Source: Lentisphaerota bacterium (GTDB taxonomy: Bacteria; Verrucomicrobiota; Kiritimatiellia; CAIQIC01; JAGNIJ01). From it: a stretch of 64,000 nucleotides of DNA. How positions within the stretch are numbered: the stretch's first letter is position 1; each line of letters begins with the position of its first letter. This document shows positions 9,959 to 19,560 of the stretch, one piece after another. A model generated the notes under the pieces. It had not been told where the DNA came from and made no database searches. It saw only the letters and a list, made by a program, of their open reading frames with translations. Where the stretch lies: positions 58,695 through 122,694 of the forward strand of contig JBPOJF010000003.1 of assembly GCA_052033915.1 (NCBI GenBank), in the 5' to 3' direction. The position numbers were made by a program, and so were the translations under genes.

Positions 9959-10666
9959 ATGCGCGGATTTGGAGAAAACAGAACAGCGGCGGCCGCCGCG
10001 TGGGCCCACGGAATTCCTTTCGCGGCGTGGCTCGCGCTGATGGCGGTTCCGGGTCTTCCGCCGGCGTGGAACTACGCGCTCCGGACCGTGGTTTGCCTCG
10101 CGCTGTTCGTGCGGCTGTCTCCCTGGCGCGGATATGATCGCCCGCAATTCCGGCATCTGCCGCTCGCCTTCGTTGTCGGCGTTGCCGTTTTTGCGGCCTG
10201 GGTTTTGCCGGAGAGTTCCTGGGCCGGGCGCTGGCCCGCGCTGCAGGATCTCTATTTGCGATGGGCGACCCTTCCCCTGGGAAAAATCCCCGAGCCGCAG
10301 ACCCTGTTCCCGTACGCGCCTGAAGCCTGCGGCTGGCCGCTTGCCCTGGTGCGGCTGGCGGGCTCCGCCTTTGTGATCGCGCCGATCGAGGAGTTTTTCT
10401 GGCGCGGGATGGCCTATCGCTGGCTGCTGGGCAAGGAGTTCACGAAGGTTGATCTCGGCACCTTGCGCTGGCCGATCCTGCTCGCCGTTTCCTTTTGCTT
10501 CGGGCTGGAGCATGACCGGTGGCTGGCCGGTATGGTCGCGGGCCTAGCCTACGGGCTCGTTGCGATCCGCGCGCGCAACATCTGGGCCGCGTGCGTGGCG
10601 CACATCGTCACCAATCTTCTGCTGGGGTTGTATGTGCTGGCGATGGCGGCGTACAGATTCTGGTGA
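9959..10666 (+). CDS. CPBP-family intramembrane metalloprotease (CAAX protease / abortive-infection-like)
   Basis: Three CPBP motifs: PIEEFFWRG (EExxxR), FCFGLEH (FxxxH), CVAHIVTN (HxxxN); multiple TM helices. Confidence 0.8.
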   Translation: MRGFGENRTAAAAAWAHGIPFAAWLALMAVPGLPPAWNYALRTVVCLALFVRLSPWRGYDRPQFRHLPLAFVVGVAVFAAWVLPESSWAGRWPALQDLYLRWATLPLGKIPEPQTLFPYAPEACGWPLALVRLAGSAFVIAPIEEFFWRGMAYRWLLGKEFTKVDLGTLRWPILLAVSFCFGLEHDRWLAGMVAGLAYGLVAIRARNIWAACVAHIVTNLLLGLYVLAMAAYRFW

Positions 10667-10723
10667 TCGAAGATCGTACCGCCCGCTTCGACAACCGAGG
10701 GCGAGGAAGAGGACGAGCAGTCC

Positions 10724-12220
10724 TTACGTCGTGAGTTCATCGCCGCTTCGGATGGCATCGAGCGCTTCCGCGGGTGATTGTGCGTCGAGCAGGCGGTCCC
10801 ACACGTAGGAGCTTTCGCGCAGGGTGGCGATGCGCGCGAGCAGGCGGCTCTGCATGCGCGGGATGCTGCTGGGAGTTAGAAGCAGGAAGAGCCCCAGCGC
10901 CTTTTCGTCCGGAAGTTTCGGATCGAATACGACCCCTTCGGCGGAACGCGCGAAGTACAGCACCGGCGTCTTGATCGAGTCGAGGCGGGCATGGGGCACG
11001 GCCAGACCCTCGCCGAGATAGGTGGACAGGCTTTTCTCGCGCGTCTGGACGGCCTCGATGACGGCTTGCGGAGGCATGAAGGTCTCCTCCGAGCCGCACC
11101 GGTTGATGATCTCGGCGATGGCGTCGTTCGCGGTTTCCGCCTGCAGGTCAAGCAGGATGAGGTTTTCCTTCAACACATCCCCGAGGCGAAGCGGAGCTTC
11201 ATTCTCGAACTCGTCCTCGATCGAGCCGACAAGCTGTTCGAGGATATCTTCCAGGGTAATCAGGCCGCAGAGCTGGCCATTGGCGTCCTGTACGAGGGCC
11301 ATATGGATTCGCCGCCGCCGCAATTCGGTCAGGAGCTGTTCCAGCGGGGTGTCGGGGGTGGTGAGAAGCGTCTTGTGAGCGATGGCCTTGAAATCGGTGG
11401 GTTCAGGCCACGGCGTATTGGAGCGCGCGAGATCCTTGATGTGAACGATGCCGATCGGGCGCGGCGGGTCGCCCTCGAGAAGCGGGTATCGGCTGTGCAG
11501 GGTTGACTCGATCTTCTGACGGTTCTCTTCCCAGGGATGATCCGCGTACAGCACGGTGGACTGGTCGAGCGGCCGCATTTCGTCGCGCACCCGTATGCTG
11601 CCGAAGTCGAAGACGTTTTCCATCAGGAGAAGCCGCCGGAAAGGCATCATGCCTTCCTGCTGCGATTTTTCGAGGATGAGCCGGACTTCGGCTTCGGTGG
11701 GCGCGGCGTCCTTGGGCGACTGTTGTATGCCGAACGGCCGGAGAATCAGGCGCACGATCCCGTTCAGCAATATGAGCGGGAGATAGAATATCCAATGGGC
11801 TATGCGCATCGGCCAGGCCACGAGCAGGGTGGACCGGATCGGGTGGCTGATGGCCACGATTTTCGGAACCTGCTCGCCGAGAATGATGTGAAGGGCGGAT
11901 ACGACGATGTAACTGATCGAAATGGCCGCCGCGTGGGCGGCCGCCGGGTTCTCGCCCAGGAACGGCTTCAACATGCCGGCGAGCGCCGGCTCGCCGACGA
12001 AGCCGAGACCGACGCTGGTAAAGGTGATGCCCAGCTGGCAGACCGCAAGGTACTCGTCAAGGTGCTTGTGGATGTGATCCACGAAGGTCACGTTTTGGCC
12101 CTTGTCCTTCAGGACCTCGACCTGCGTTCCGCGCACGCGCACAGCCGCGAACTCCGCGACCACGAAGAATGCGTTCAGCAACAGCAACAGGATCAGGATG
12201 AGAATGTAGACCAGAGTCAT
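10724..12220 (-). CDS. CNNM/CorC/TlyC-family transporter core (DUF21 + CBS pair) fused to a C-terminal PTS EIIA type-2 (EIIA-Ntr-like) domain
   Basis: N-terminal DUF21 TM region, CBS pair (...RIHMALVQDANGQLCGLITLEDILEQLVGSIEDEFE), then a ~150-aa domain with GLAVPHARL phospho-histidine motif in place of the usual CorC_HlyC domain; ATG at 12220 (the 12241 start is TTG). Confidence 0.8.
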   Translation of the reverse strand: MTLVYILILILLLLLNAFFVVAEFAAVRVRGTQVEVLKDKGQNVTFVDHIHKHLDEYLAVCQLGITFTSVGLGFVGEPALAGMLKPFLGENPAAAHAAAISISYIVVSALHIILGEQVPKIVAISHPIRSTLLVAWPMRIAHWIFYLPLILLNGIVRLILRPFGIQQSPKDAAPTEAEVRLILEKSQQEGMMPFRRLLLMENVFDFGSIRVRDEMRPLDQSTVLYADHPWEENRQKIESTLHSRYPLLEGDPPRPIGIVHIKDLARSNTPWPEPTDFKAIAHKTLLTTPDTPLEQLLTELRRRRIHMALVQDANGQLCGLITLEDILEQLVGSIEDEFENEAPLRLGDVLKENLILLDLQAETANDAIAEIINRCGSEETFMPPQAVIEAVQTREKSLSTYLGEGLAVPHARLDSIKTPVLYFARSAEGVVFDPKLPDEKALGLFLLLTPSSIPRMQSRLLARIATLRESSYVWDRLLDAQSPAEALDAIRSGDELTT

Positions 12221-12318
12221 GCTTACGTGTCTGATCAACAAGGGTACCAGAAACTCCAGCGGGGGTCAAACCGGCCCTTGCCCTTGTGCGCGGGCGGGGT
12301 TTTTCTATAATGCGGGGC

Positions 12319-12702
12319 ATGAAGAAACTCGCAGTGCGCACGCAGGGCCGGACGCAATTCGTGGACCTCACCGACCGGGTCCAGTCGGCGGTCTCCGAAC
12401 TCGGGCTGAAGGAGGGCGTGGTCACCGTGTTTGTTCCGCACACGACGGCGGGGGTTACGATCAACGAACACGCCGATCCGGCCGTGATGGCCGACCTGGA
12501 GCAGATCCTGGATCGGATCGTGCCCTGGTCGGGGCCGTATGCCCACGAGGAAGGCAATTCGGCCGCCCACGCGAAGGCCGGCCTGATGGGTTCGTCGGCG
12601 CAGATCATCGTTTCCGGCGGCCGGCTGAAGCTGGGAACCTGGCAGGGAATTTTCCTGTGCGAATTCGACGGGCCGCGCGATCGGGAGGTTTGGGTTCAAT
12701 AG
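12319..12702 (+). CDS. yjbQ: YjbQ/UPF0047 family protein (secondary thiamine-phosphate synthase family)
   Basis: ...VTVFVPHTTAGVTINEHADP...SAAHAKAGLMGSSAQIIVSGGRLKLGTWQGIFLCEFDGPR; a TATAAT hexamer at 12306-12311 sits immediately upstream. Confidence 0.8.
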   Translation: MKKLAVRTQGRTQFVDLTDRVQSAVSELGLKEGVVTVFVPHTTAGVTINEHADPAVMADLEQILDRIVPWSGPYAHEEGNSAAHAKAGLMGSSAQIIVSGGRLKLGTWQGIFLCEFDGPRDREVWVQ

Positions 12703-12752
12703 TCGTCATTCGTCATTGATTAGTCATTCGTCATTGGGCATTAGTCATTGAG
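12703..12752. repeat. Tandem GTCATTC/GTCATTG heptamer array (repeat family B)
   Basis: TCGTCATTCGTCATTGATTAGTCATTCGTCATTGGGCATTAGTCATTG between yjbQ stop and the TPR gene start; an inverted copy set lies at 28194-28273. Confidence 0.55.
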
Positions 12753-14765
12753 ATGTCCCTTATGAAAAACGAATCCTTTCTGGTCGTGCTGTTGGGCTGT
12801 GCGATTCTCGGCGCGGCCTTCGGGTGCGGCGGCAGGCCGGGTGAGCGCGAGTTCCGCGGCGGCGTGCGCGAGTTCGAGCGCGGCAGTTACGTCCGCGCCA
12901 AAACCCTGCTCGAAAAATCCATCAATGAGCGGCCGGGCAGCGCGGAAAACGCCGCGGCGTACAACTACATCGGTCTCGCGGAGTGGAAGCTCGAACAGCT
13001 TCAGCGGGCCATCGAAGCCTTCGAGAACAGCCTGACCCTGGACCCCTCGCGGGTGGAGCCGACGTACAACCTGGCCGCGATCCTGCACGACAGCGGGGAT
13101 CTCTCGCGCGCGGCGACGTTGCTGGAGGAGGCGGCCCTCGCCGATCCGGCCGATTCGCGGTCTCTGGAGTTCCTCGGCCGAATCTACATGCAGTCGGGGA
13201 AGTGGCAGGAAGCCCGCCGCGTGCTGTTCGGCGCGCTGGCGCGCGCGCCGCAATCGCCGCGCGTGCTCGCCGCACTGGCGCTCGCGGAGATTCATGCCAG
13301 CGGCGCGGACAAGGCCGTCTTCTACCTGATGCGCGCGCTGGAGCGGCAGCCGGATTACCCGCCCGCGTTGTTCAACCTCGGCGTGATCTACCTGCAGGAG
13401 ATGAAGGACAAGGAGCAGGCCGCTGCATATTTCAAGAAGTACCTGGAAGTCGCGGGAGACGATCCGCATCGGGAGTACGCGCAGCGGATGGTGGAGGATT
13501 TGTCCGGCGTTCCTGCCGCGCCGCCGGCCGTGGTTCCCGTGGCCACGGTGGAGGTGTCCCGCGTCCGGCAGCCCGTGGTTCAGCCGCCGGCCGTCGAGGC
13601 GCGGCCCCCGCCGGTTGTCGAACCGGATTCAGTTCATCCCCTGGCCGGGGGGCGGACGGTCGAGAATCTGTTGAAGAGCGCACGAATGGAAAGCGGAAAA
13701 GCCAATGTCCAGACGGCGCTGAATCTGTGTCTTGAAGCCGCCGGGAAGGCGGAGAGGGCGGGGGATGCCGCGCTCCAGGAGAAGGCGCTTCGTGAAGCCG
13801 TCAAACTCTGCTTCGACCAGACCCGGGCACACTATGCGCTGGGCCGTTTCCTTTTCGACCAGGGCCGGCATGAAGCCGCGTTGAAAGCGTTCAAGCAGGC
13901 CATCGTTCTCGATCCCCGGTTTGCGCTGGCCCAAATGGGACTGGCCGATGCCGCTCTCAAGACGGGCGAAGTGGACGCCGCGCTGGTGGCCATCCGGCAG
14001 GCCTTGCAGTTGGAGCCGGGCAATCCCGACGCGCTGTGGTCTCTGGCGGCGTTGTACGATCGCGAGCTTCAGAACAAGGACAAGGCCGCGCAGACGTACC
14101 GGCAGTTTGTGGATCAGTTCCCCGGCGATCCGCGCGTGATCAAGGCCCAGGAGCGGCTGAACGAAATGGCGCCGCCTCCCGCGCGCCGCGCGCCGCTGCC
14201 TCCCCCGGCCGCGCGGACGCAGGCCGCCGCGCCGGCGCCCGCGTCCCGTCCGTCCGCGCCGCCGGTCGCGCAGTTGCGGATCAAGCCCACCCTGATTCGC
14301 AACACGCAGGCCGCCGTGCAGGCGTACAATCGGGGGACGCTGTATCAGCAGCAGGAAGATCTGGACCGCGCGATCTACTACTACACCAGGGCGATCGAGA
14401 ACGACGACACGTTCGCCACGGCGTTCTTCAACCTGGGCTCGGTGTACTGGGCCAAGGGCGAGTACGGCATGGCGAGGGATGCGTATGTGCGGGCCGTACA
14501 GCTCCAGCCGGACATGATCGCGGCCCGCTACAACCTGGCCCTCATCAGCCGCGAACTCAAGGATCGGAGGACCGCGATCGAACAGCTCAACATCCTCCTG
14601 AAGAATCGTCCGGATTACGCCCCGGCCCATTACCTGCTGGGCATGCTTTATGCCGATGACCCGGCCACCCTCGGGCTGGCGCGGGAGCAGTATAAGGCGT
14701 TCCTGGGATTGGCGCCCAACGATCCGGCGGCGCCGGTCGTGCGGAATTGGCTCCAGACGCATTGA
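12753..14765 (+). CDS. TPR-repeat lipoprotein with proline/alanine-rich linkers
   Basis: Lipoprotein signal ...LLGCAILGAAFGCGG; many TPR-like repeats (AYNYIGLAEWKLEQLQRAIEAFENSL..., YYYTRAIENDDTFATAFFNLGSVYWAKGEY...); PA-rich spacer. Confidence 0.8.
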   Translation: MSLMKNESFLVVLLGCAILGAAFGCGGRPGEREFRGGVREFERGSYVRAKTLLEKSINERPGSAENAAAYNYIGLAEWKLEQLQRAIEAFENSLTLDPSRVEPTYNLAAILHDSGDLSRAATLLEEAALADPADSRSLEFLGRIYMQSGKWQEARRVLFGALARAPQSPRVLAALALAEIHASGADKAVFYLMRALERQPDYPPALFNLGVIYLQEMKDKEQAAAYFKKYLEVAGDDPHREYAQRMVEDLSGVPAAPPAVVPVATVEVSRVRQPVVQPPAVEARPPPVVEPDSVHPLAGGRTVENLLKSARMESGKANVQTALNLCLEAAGKAERAGDAALQEKALREAVKLCFDQTRAHYALGRFLFDQGRHEAALKAFKQAIVLDPRFALAQMGLADAALKTGEVDAALVAIRQALQLEPGNPDALWSLAALYDRELQNKDKAAQTYRQFVDQFPGDPRVIKAQERLNEMAPPPARRAPLPPPAARTQAAAPAPASRPSAPPVAQLRIKPTLIRNTQAAVQAYNRGTLYQQQEDLDRAIYYYTRAIENDDTFATAFFNLGSVYWAKGEYGMARDAYVRAVQLQPDMIAARYNLALISRELKDRRTAIEQLNILLKNRPDYAPAHYLLGMLYADDPATLGLAREQYKAFLGLAPNDPAAPVVRNWLQTH

Positions 14766-14825
14766 ACGGAGCCAAGAAGTCGGGATGCGAAGGCTTGTCG
14801 CCCGTTCCCATGTTTTCGGCGGCCG

Positions 14826-15869
14826 TCAGGGAGTGGGCGGCGCGGCCGGCGGCTGGATCTCCGGTGTTTCGCCCAGGGCCGCGCTGACGGCGTCCGCCAG
14901 TTCGCAGGCCGGAAGGTCGGCGGCCGCTTCAAACAGGTCCACGGTGATTGTGTTCTGAAGGCTCTCGCCGGGAAGCAGCTTCTTCTCCGCGCTCAACGTC
15001 TCGATTTCCGAATAGCCGAGGCCGGCATTCGAATACATCTCGACCACGCAACCGCCGTCCGGGTGCGCGCCGCCGGATTCTTCCGCGGAGACGCGTTCCA
15101 CGATGACGGCATTCCCTTTCTGCGCCGCGATCCACCCGCGTTTCGAGTCGGAACAGAGTTTGTGTTCGCCCGCCGTCGCGTCATACACCAGCGCGTGGCC
15201 GCAGGAGGTCAGATTCTTGTCGTCCGGCATCGCGAAGAGCAGCGCTTTCGCGCCCTTCTCGAACATCGAATCCGGGCCCTGCGGGATGACCACGCGGCTT
15301 GCGCCGGCGATCTGGCTGATGTTCCAGAGCGCGACCGGCACGTCGGATTCAGCCGTCCGTTCGATTCGCTGGCGGATGGTGAAACGCGCCGCTTCCCGGT
15401 CCAGCTTGATCAGGCGGCTGACCTTGATATGGAGCGGGTCGCCGTACTCGCGCGCCATCTGACAGCATCGTGTGCCGTCGGCGTCCTTCCACGCGGTCGC
15501 CGTCCACGGCGCTTCGGCCAGCGGCCGGGGCGGGGGCCAGTCGGACCCGGCCATCGCGGTCCAGTGCGATTGGGCCGTGGGCCAGATCCAATCGCCGCCG
15601 TAGTTCAGCCAGGTTTCGTCGCCGCCGGCAAGGTTCGCGTCCAGCCGGAGAAAGCTATGGCTGTCTTTGTACGTGATCCGGGCGATTCGCCCGATCGCGG
15701 GGACGATGACGATGCCGGCGTGGGGATTTTTCAATTCAAATGCATGATCCCACTTTTCAAACGGGACCGGGGCGATCGGCGCCACCGGGATGGCGTTGTC
15801 GTTCACAGACTGGGCGCCGCCGATGGATGCGGTCAGGAGAAGCGCCGCAAGCAGGCTTTGCGTTTTCAT
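14826..15869 (-). CDS. Secreted hypothetical protein
   Basis: Signal peptide MKTQSLLAALLLTASIGGAQS; no recognisable catalytic motif. Confidence 0.55.
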   Translation of the reverse strand: MKTQSLLAALLLTASIGGAQSVNDNAIPVAPIAPVPFEKWDHAFELKNPHAGIVIVPAIGRIARITYKDSHSFLRLDANLAGGDETWLNYGGDWIWPTAQSHWTAMAGSDWPPPRPLAEAPWTATAWKDADGTRCCQMAREYGDPLHIKVSRLIKLDREAARFTIRQRIERTAESDVPVALWNISQIAGASRVVIPQGPDSMFEKGAKALLFAMPDDKNLTSCGHALVYDATAGEHKLCSDSKRGWIAAQKGNAVIVERVSAEESGGAHPDGGCVVEMYSNAGLGYSEIETLSAEKKLLPGESLQNTITVDLFEAAADLPACELADAVSAALGETPEIQPPAAPPTP

Positions 15870-15955
15870 GACGTCAAGCTACCCCATGGCCGGTGCCTGT
15901 GCAAGTTTCGGAGACGTGCTGTCTTTGGAGCGCGACACCCGGTCCCGTGGGTAGC

Positions 15956-16606
15956 CTACGACATGAAGAAATTCATTATATCCTCGAAGGACTCGAACAT
16001 CCGCGTGGCCGGCTCGCCGCCCTGTTCGCCCATGCCGCACTTGATGAACCCGCTCCGGACCCCCGCGCGCCGCGCCGCCGCGAGATCGGTCTTGTGGTCG
16101 CCGATCATCCAGGCGTTCTCCGGCAGGGCGCCGGTCCGGGCCATGGCCGTAAGCAGGGGTTCGGGGTGGGGCTTCATGTGCGGCGTGTCGTCGCCGCCGA
16201 GGATGAGGGCGAACAGGTTCGCGATCTTGAAGTGGTTGAGGATACTGCGGCATCCGGCGCCCGGCTTGTTGCTGATCAGCGCGAGCACGTAGCCGGCCGC
16301 GCGCAGCTTCTGGAGGCCGTCGGAGACGCCAGGGTACAAGGTGGTTTCGTCGTACAGATGGCGGCGATAGAACTCGGCGCACTCCTTCACGGCCTTGTCG
16401 AGATTCACGGGATGTCCCTGCAGAGACCGTTCGACCAGCTTGCCGATCCCGTCGCCGATATAGCGGGTGACGATTTCGAGCGGGAGCGGCGGCAGGTCGT
16501 AGTGGGCCCGCAGCAGGTTGACGGCCGTGCAGATGTCCAGACGGGAATCGATCAGCGTCCCGTCGAGGTCGAACATCAACAACCGTATGGGGGGCGTCGC
16601 ATTCAT
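15956..16606 (-). CDS. HAD-superfamily hydrolase (phosphoglycolate phosphatase-like)
   Basis: MFDLDGTLIDS motif I, ALISNKP motif II, C-terminal ...WMIGDHKTDLAAARRAG motif III-IV; ATG at 16606. Confidence 0.8.
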   Translation of the reverse strand: MNATPPIRLLMFDLDGTLIDSRLDICTAVNLLRAHYDLPPLPLEIVTRYIGDGIGKLVERSLQGHPVNLDKAVKECAEFYRRHLYDETTLYPGVSDGLQKLRAAGYVLALISNKPGAGCRSILNHFKIANLFALILGGDDTPHMKPHPEPLLTAMARTGALPENAWMIGDHKTDLAAARRAGVRSGFIKCGMGEQGGEPATRMFESFEDIMNFFMS

Positions 16607-16692
16607 GCTGGAACGGGAGGGAACGACAACATCCCTTCCCATTCAAGTCAATTCTCGCTCGCTCCGCCGTTGCATTCTGCGAGGAGGACGAG

Positions 16693-18381
16693 CTAGTACC
16701 TGAAGCTGCTGCGGCCGATGAACTCGCGGAGGATGGAGGTTGGCGGGACGAGGTGATCCGACACGGTGAGGAATCTGTCGAGGAAGTCCTGCATGCGGCG
16801 GGCTTCGGCATATTGAGGCTTATCGGGTTTCACTTCCGACAACAGCGGTTCGACCAGCGGCTTGAGGACGGCCAGTTCGTAATCGAGCGCGGAGTTGAAC
16901 ACGCTGTCCGCCTCCTGCTGGTACGGGAAAACCCACTTCTTCTCGCCGCGGCGCACGCTGGGCCACATGGTCAGCGTGGTGAGCGCGGAGTTGCCCCGGA
17001 ACATATGGTCGCGCACCAGCCGCCGCACGAGCCGGTTATCCGTGGTCGAGATCCGGTTGTTCGAGTCCAGGTTCAACTGCGTCAGCGCGCTGATGTACAC
17101 CTTGTACTTGTGCTCGATCGGGATCGCGCGGGTCAGGCGCGGGTTCAGCGAGTGGATTCCCTCCACGAGGACCAGTTGGTCGCCGGAGATGCTCAGTTTC
17201 TCACCGCGGAACTCCCGTTTACCGACCTCGAAGTTGAAGCGCGGTATTTCCACTTCCTCGCCGCGGTCGAGCTTCTCCAGGTGTTCGTTGAAAAGCGCCA
17301 GATCGATCGTCTCGATGTTCTCAAAATCGAACGCGCCCGATTCATCCCGCGGCGTCTTCGCCCGATCTACGAAGTAGTTGTCCGTCGAGATCGTCACCGG
17401 TTGCAGGCCGTTGACCCTCAACTGTACGGCGAGCCGCTTGGCGAACGTCGTCTTCCCGGAGGACGACGGTCCGGCGATCAGGATCCATTTCAGCCGTTTC
17501 CGGTTCGCGTGAATATGATCCGCGACCTGCGCGATCTTCTTCTCGTGGAAGGCCTCCGCAATCTTGATGAAATCGCCGACCTCGCGCCGGGCGATGATCT
17601 CGTTCAGCCGCCCGACCGTGCTGACGCCGAGAATCCGGCCCCACTCCTTGTACTCCTTGAATACGTTGAAGAGCAGCGGCTGCGGTTTGAACCGGGCCAT
17701 CTTTTCGGGGTTTTCCTGCTCGGGGAACTGGATCACAAAACCCGGCGGGTAGAGGATCAGCTTGAAGTACGCCAGCGCGCCCGTGTTTTCCGCCAGCGGC
17801 CCGTGACCGAGGTCGGTGAAGCCGTCGCACCGGAACACAACGATCTTCGGCGGGTTCCGGAACCGCAACAGGTTATACTTGTCCATCTGATTTTCCGACT
17901 CGAACTGCTTCATCGCGTCCGTGAACGAGATTTTCCGCCGCTCGATCGGGATGCTTTTCGCGGCCAGCTCGCGCATGCGCTTCTCGATCGCGTCGAGCTG
18001 TCCCTTGGAGATGCCTGGAGGCGCGCCCTCTCCTCCGTTCAGATCGAAACTGCAGTAGAATCCGTTCCCGAGCGAATGTTCGACGGAGAAACGCGCGGTC
18101 GGGAAGATTTCGCGGACGGTCTTGGCCAGGAGGAAGCAGATCGAACGGCGGTAGATGCGCTGGCCGTGCGAATCGGCCAGCGTCAGCAGCTTCACGGTGC
18201 TGTCCACCTCGACGGGGTAGGAAATGGAGACCACGTCGTTATTCACCAGCGCGCCGATGTAATCGAGGCCGTTCGGCGCCTTGAACGACGGGATGATCGC
18301 CTTGACCGGCGTCCCTCTGAGGCATTGGATTTTTTGGCCGTCTTCCAGCGTGACGGCAACGGAATTGCTTGTGTCTGTCAT
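16693..18381 (-). CDS. Uridine-kinase-family P-loop nucleoside kinase fused to an N-terminal ThrRS-like TGS + second-additional domain
   Basis: N-term VAVTLEDGQKIQCLRGTPVKAII (TGS-like) and ...SLGNGFYCSFDL (ThrRS N2-like); C-term GPSSSGKTTFAKRL Walker A and TISTDNYF... udk-like core; ATG at 18381 (the long upstream extension is not coding). Confidence 0.7.
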   Translation of the reverse strand: MTDTSNSVAVTLEDGQKIQCLRGTPVKAIIPSFKAPNGLDYIGALVNNDVVSISYPVEVDSTVKLLTLADSHGQRIYRRSICFLLAKTVREIFPTARFSVEHSLGNGFYCSFDLNGGEGAPPGISKGQLDAIEKRMRELAAKSIPIERRKISFTDAMKQFESENQMDKYNLLRFRNPPKIVVFRCDGFTDLGHGPLAENTGALAYFKLILYPPGFVIQFPEQENPEKMARFKPQPLLFNVFKEYKEWGRILGVSTVGRLNEIIARREVGDFIKIAEAFHEKKIAQVADHIHANRKRLKWILIAGPSSSGKTTFAKRLAVQLRVNGLQPVTISTDNYFVDRAKTPRDESGAFDFENIETIDLALFNEHLEKLDRGEEVEIPRFNFEVGKREFRGEKLSISGDQLVLVEGIHSLNPRLTRAIPIEHKYKVYISALTQLNLDSNNRISTTDNRLVRRLVRDHMFRGNSALTTLTMWPSVRRGEKKWVFPYQQEADSVFNSALDYELAVLKPLVEPLLSEVKPDKPQYAEARRMQDFLDRFLTVSDHLVPPTSILREFIGRSSFRY

Positions 18382-18383
18382 GG

Positions 18384-18432
18384 TTTCCAAGGGTTGGAAA
18401 AAAGCGGTTGAATTTTTCCAATCCGTGGAAAG
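18384..18432. repeat. Two copies of the TTTCC-N7-GGAAA palindrome (repeat family C) in a divergent promoter region
   Basis: TTTCCAAGGGTTGGAAAAAA (18384-18403) and TTTTTCCAATCCGTGGAAAG (18413-18432); near-identical copies at 34108-34128 and 51137-51189. Confidence 0.55.
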
Positions 18433-18579
18433 CATACACGGCCCGCGACCGGATTGAAAGGTTGGAGAGGGCCGCGGCGGCGGTTGTGTCCGCGATGGAC
18501 TTGGGACGTGCCTCCGCCGAGGTGCCGGCGGACACGCTTTGGACTTGGGACTTTGGACTTTTTCTTCTACGATCCTGCC

Positions 18580-19476
18580 ATGCTTGAAACTGTCAAACCC
18601 TCTGAAGCGTCCGACTGGCATCTGCGCCTCTTCAGCAAATCGTTGCTGAAGCAGGCGAAGCTCCGGCAAATCGTCAGCCTGCTGGGGCCCGTGTCGGGTC
18701 AGATGTGTCTCGATGTCGGCGGCGATAACGGGGTCATCAGTTGGAACCTGCGGAAGATGGGCGGGACGTGGACCAGCGTGGATTCGAGCGAAAAGGCGGT
18801 CGAATCGATCCGCGGGCTGGTCGGCGAGCGGGTGGAACGAATGACGGGGCCGGTGCTGCCGTTCGAGGACGGCACCTTCGACGTGGTCGTGATTATCGAC
18901 ATGCTGGAGCACCTGCAGGAGGACTACCGGTTTGTGGTCGAGTGTCACCGCGTCCTGAAGCCGAACGGTCGGCTGGTTTTCAACGTGCCGCACGTTAAGC
19001 CGTTCGCGGTTCTTCCGCCGCTCCGGCGGATGCTCGGGCTCACGGATGATCGCCACGGGCACGTGCGGCCGGGGTACACGGAGGCCCAGGTGTTCGACCT
19101 GATGAAGGACGGGTTCGACGTGCAGGAGGCGCGGACCTACTCGCGGTTTTTCGTCGAGGCGCTGGATACCGCGATCCGGTTTGCCGCCTCGCGCGCGAAC
19201 AAGGACGCTCAGGCCGGGGCCAAGGGCGTGCTGATCGACGAGAGGGATTTCGGGAAGATGGATAAGCTGTTCCGCATCTATTCCTTCCTGTATCCGGTTT
19301 TCTGGTTCGCCGCGCAGTTCGACAAGCTCCTCTTCTTCACGAAGGGCTACAGCCTGATCGGCTGGGCCAAGCGCCGCCGCCAGTGGATGCCCCGCAAGGT
19401 CCCGAAGCTGTCCGATGGCCGGTCCATTGCCGAAGCCGCGCTGGGCAGCAAGATCGGAACGGCCACGCCGTTTTGA
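18580..19476 (+). CDS. Class I SAM-dependent methyltransferase
   Basis: CLDVGGDNG motif I, ...DVVVIIDMLEHL..., HRVLKPNGRLVFNVP; ATG 18580; preceded by TTTGGACTT direct repeats. Confidence 0.75.
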   Translation: MLETVKPSEASDWHLRLFSKSLLKQAKLRQIVSLLGPVSGQMCLDVGGDNGVISWNLRKMGGTWTSVDSSEKAVESIRGLVGERVERMTGPVLPFEDGTFDVVVIIDMLEHLQEDYRFVVECHRVLKPNGRLVFNVPHVKPFAVLPPLRRMLGLTDDRHGHVRPGYTEAQVFDLMKDGFDVQEARTYSRFFVEALDTAIRFAASRANKDAQAGAKGVLIDERDFGKMDKLFRIYSFLYPVFWFAAQFDKLLFFTKGYSLIGWAKRRRQWMPRKVPKLSDGRSIAEAALGSKIGTATPF

Positions 19477-19560
19477 AGAGGGGAGTGGCGGAATGCCGGG
19501 GAGTGATGGGGTAAAGCAACCCGCCTTTCCAATACTCCATGACTCCCTTCTCCCAAAGGA

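Noticed and set aside
9959-10666. CPBP protease as the PEP-CTERM-associated CAAX-protease family (TIGR03008-like)
   Set aside because: It lies ~27 kb from the PEP-CTERM gene with unrelated genes between, and no exosortase is nearby. Family membership cannot be judged without an HMM, so it is left as a generic CPBP protease.
12703-12752. CRISPR array among the tandem repeats (also 43741-43775, 33675-33713)
   Set aside because: Units are 5-8 nt with no spacers of unique sequence, and there are no cas genes.
16020-16045. Identical heptapeptide FIKCGMG in the HAD hydrolase and in the ABC binding protein (26838-26863 region)
   Set aside because: The two occurrences use different codons and the surrounding sequences are unrelated. 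With ~60 proteins in the window one shared 7-mer is within chance expectation. Only the DNA palindrome at the second site is kept as a finding.
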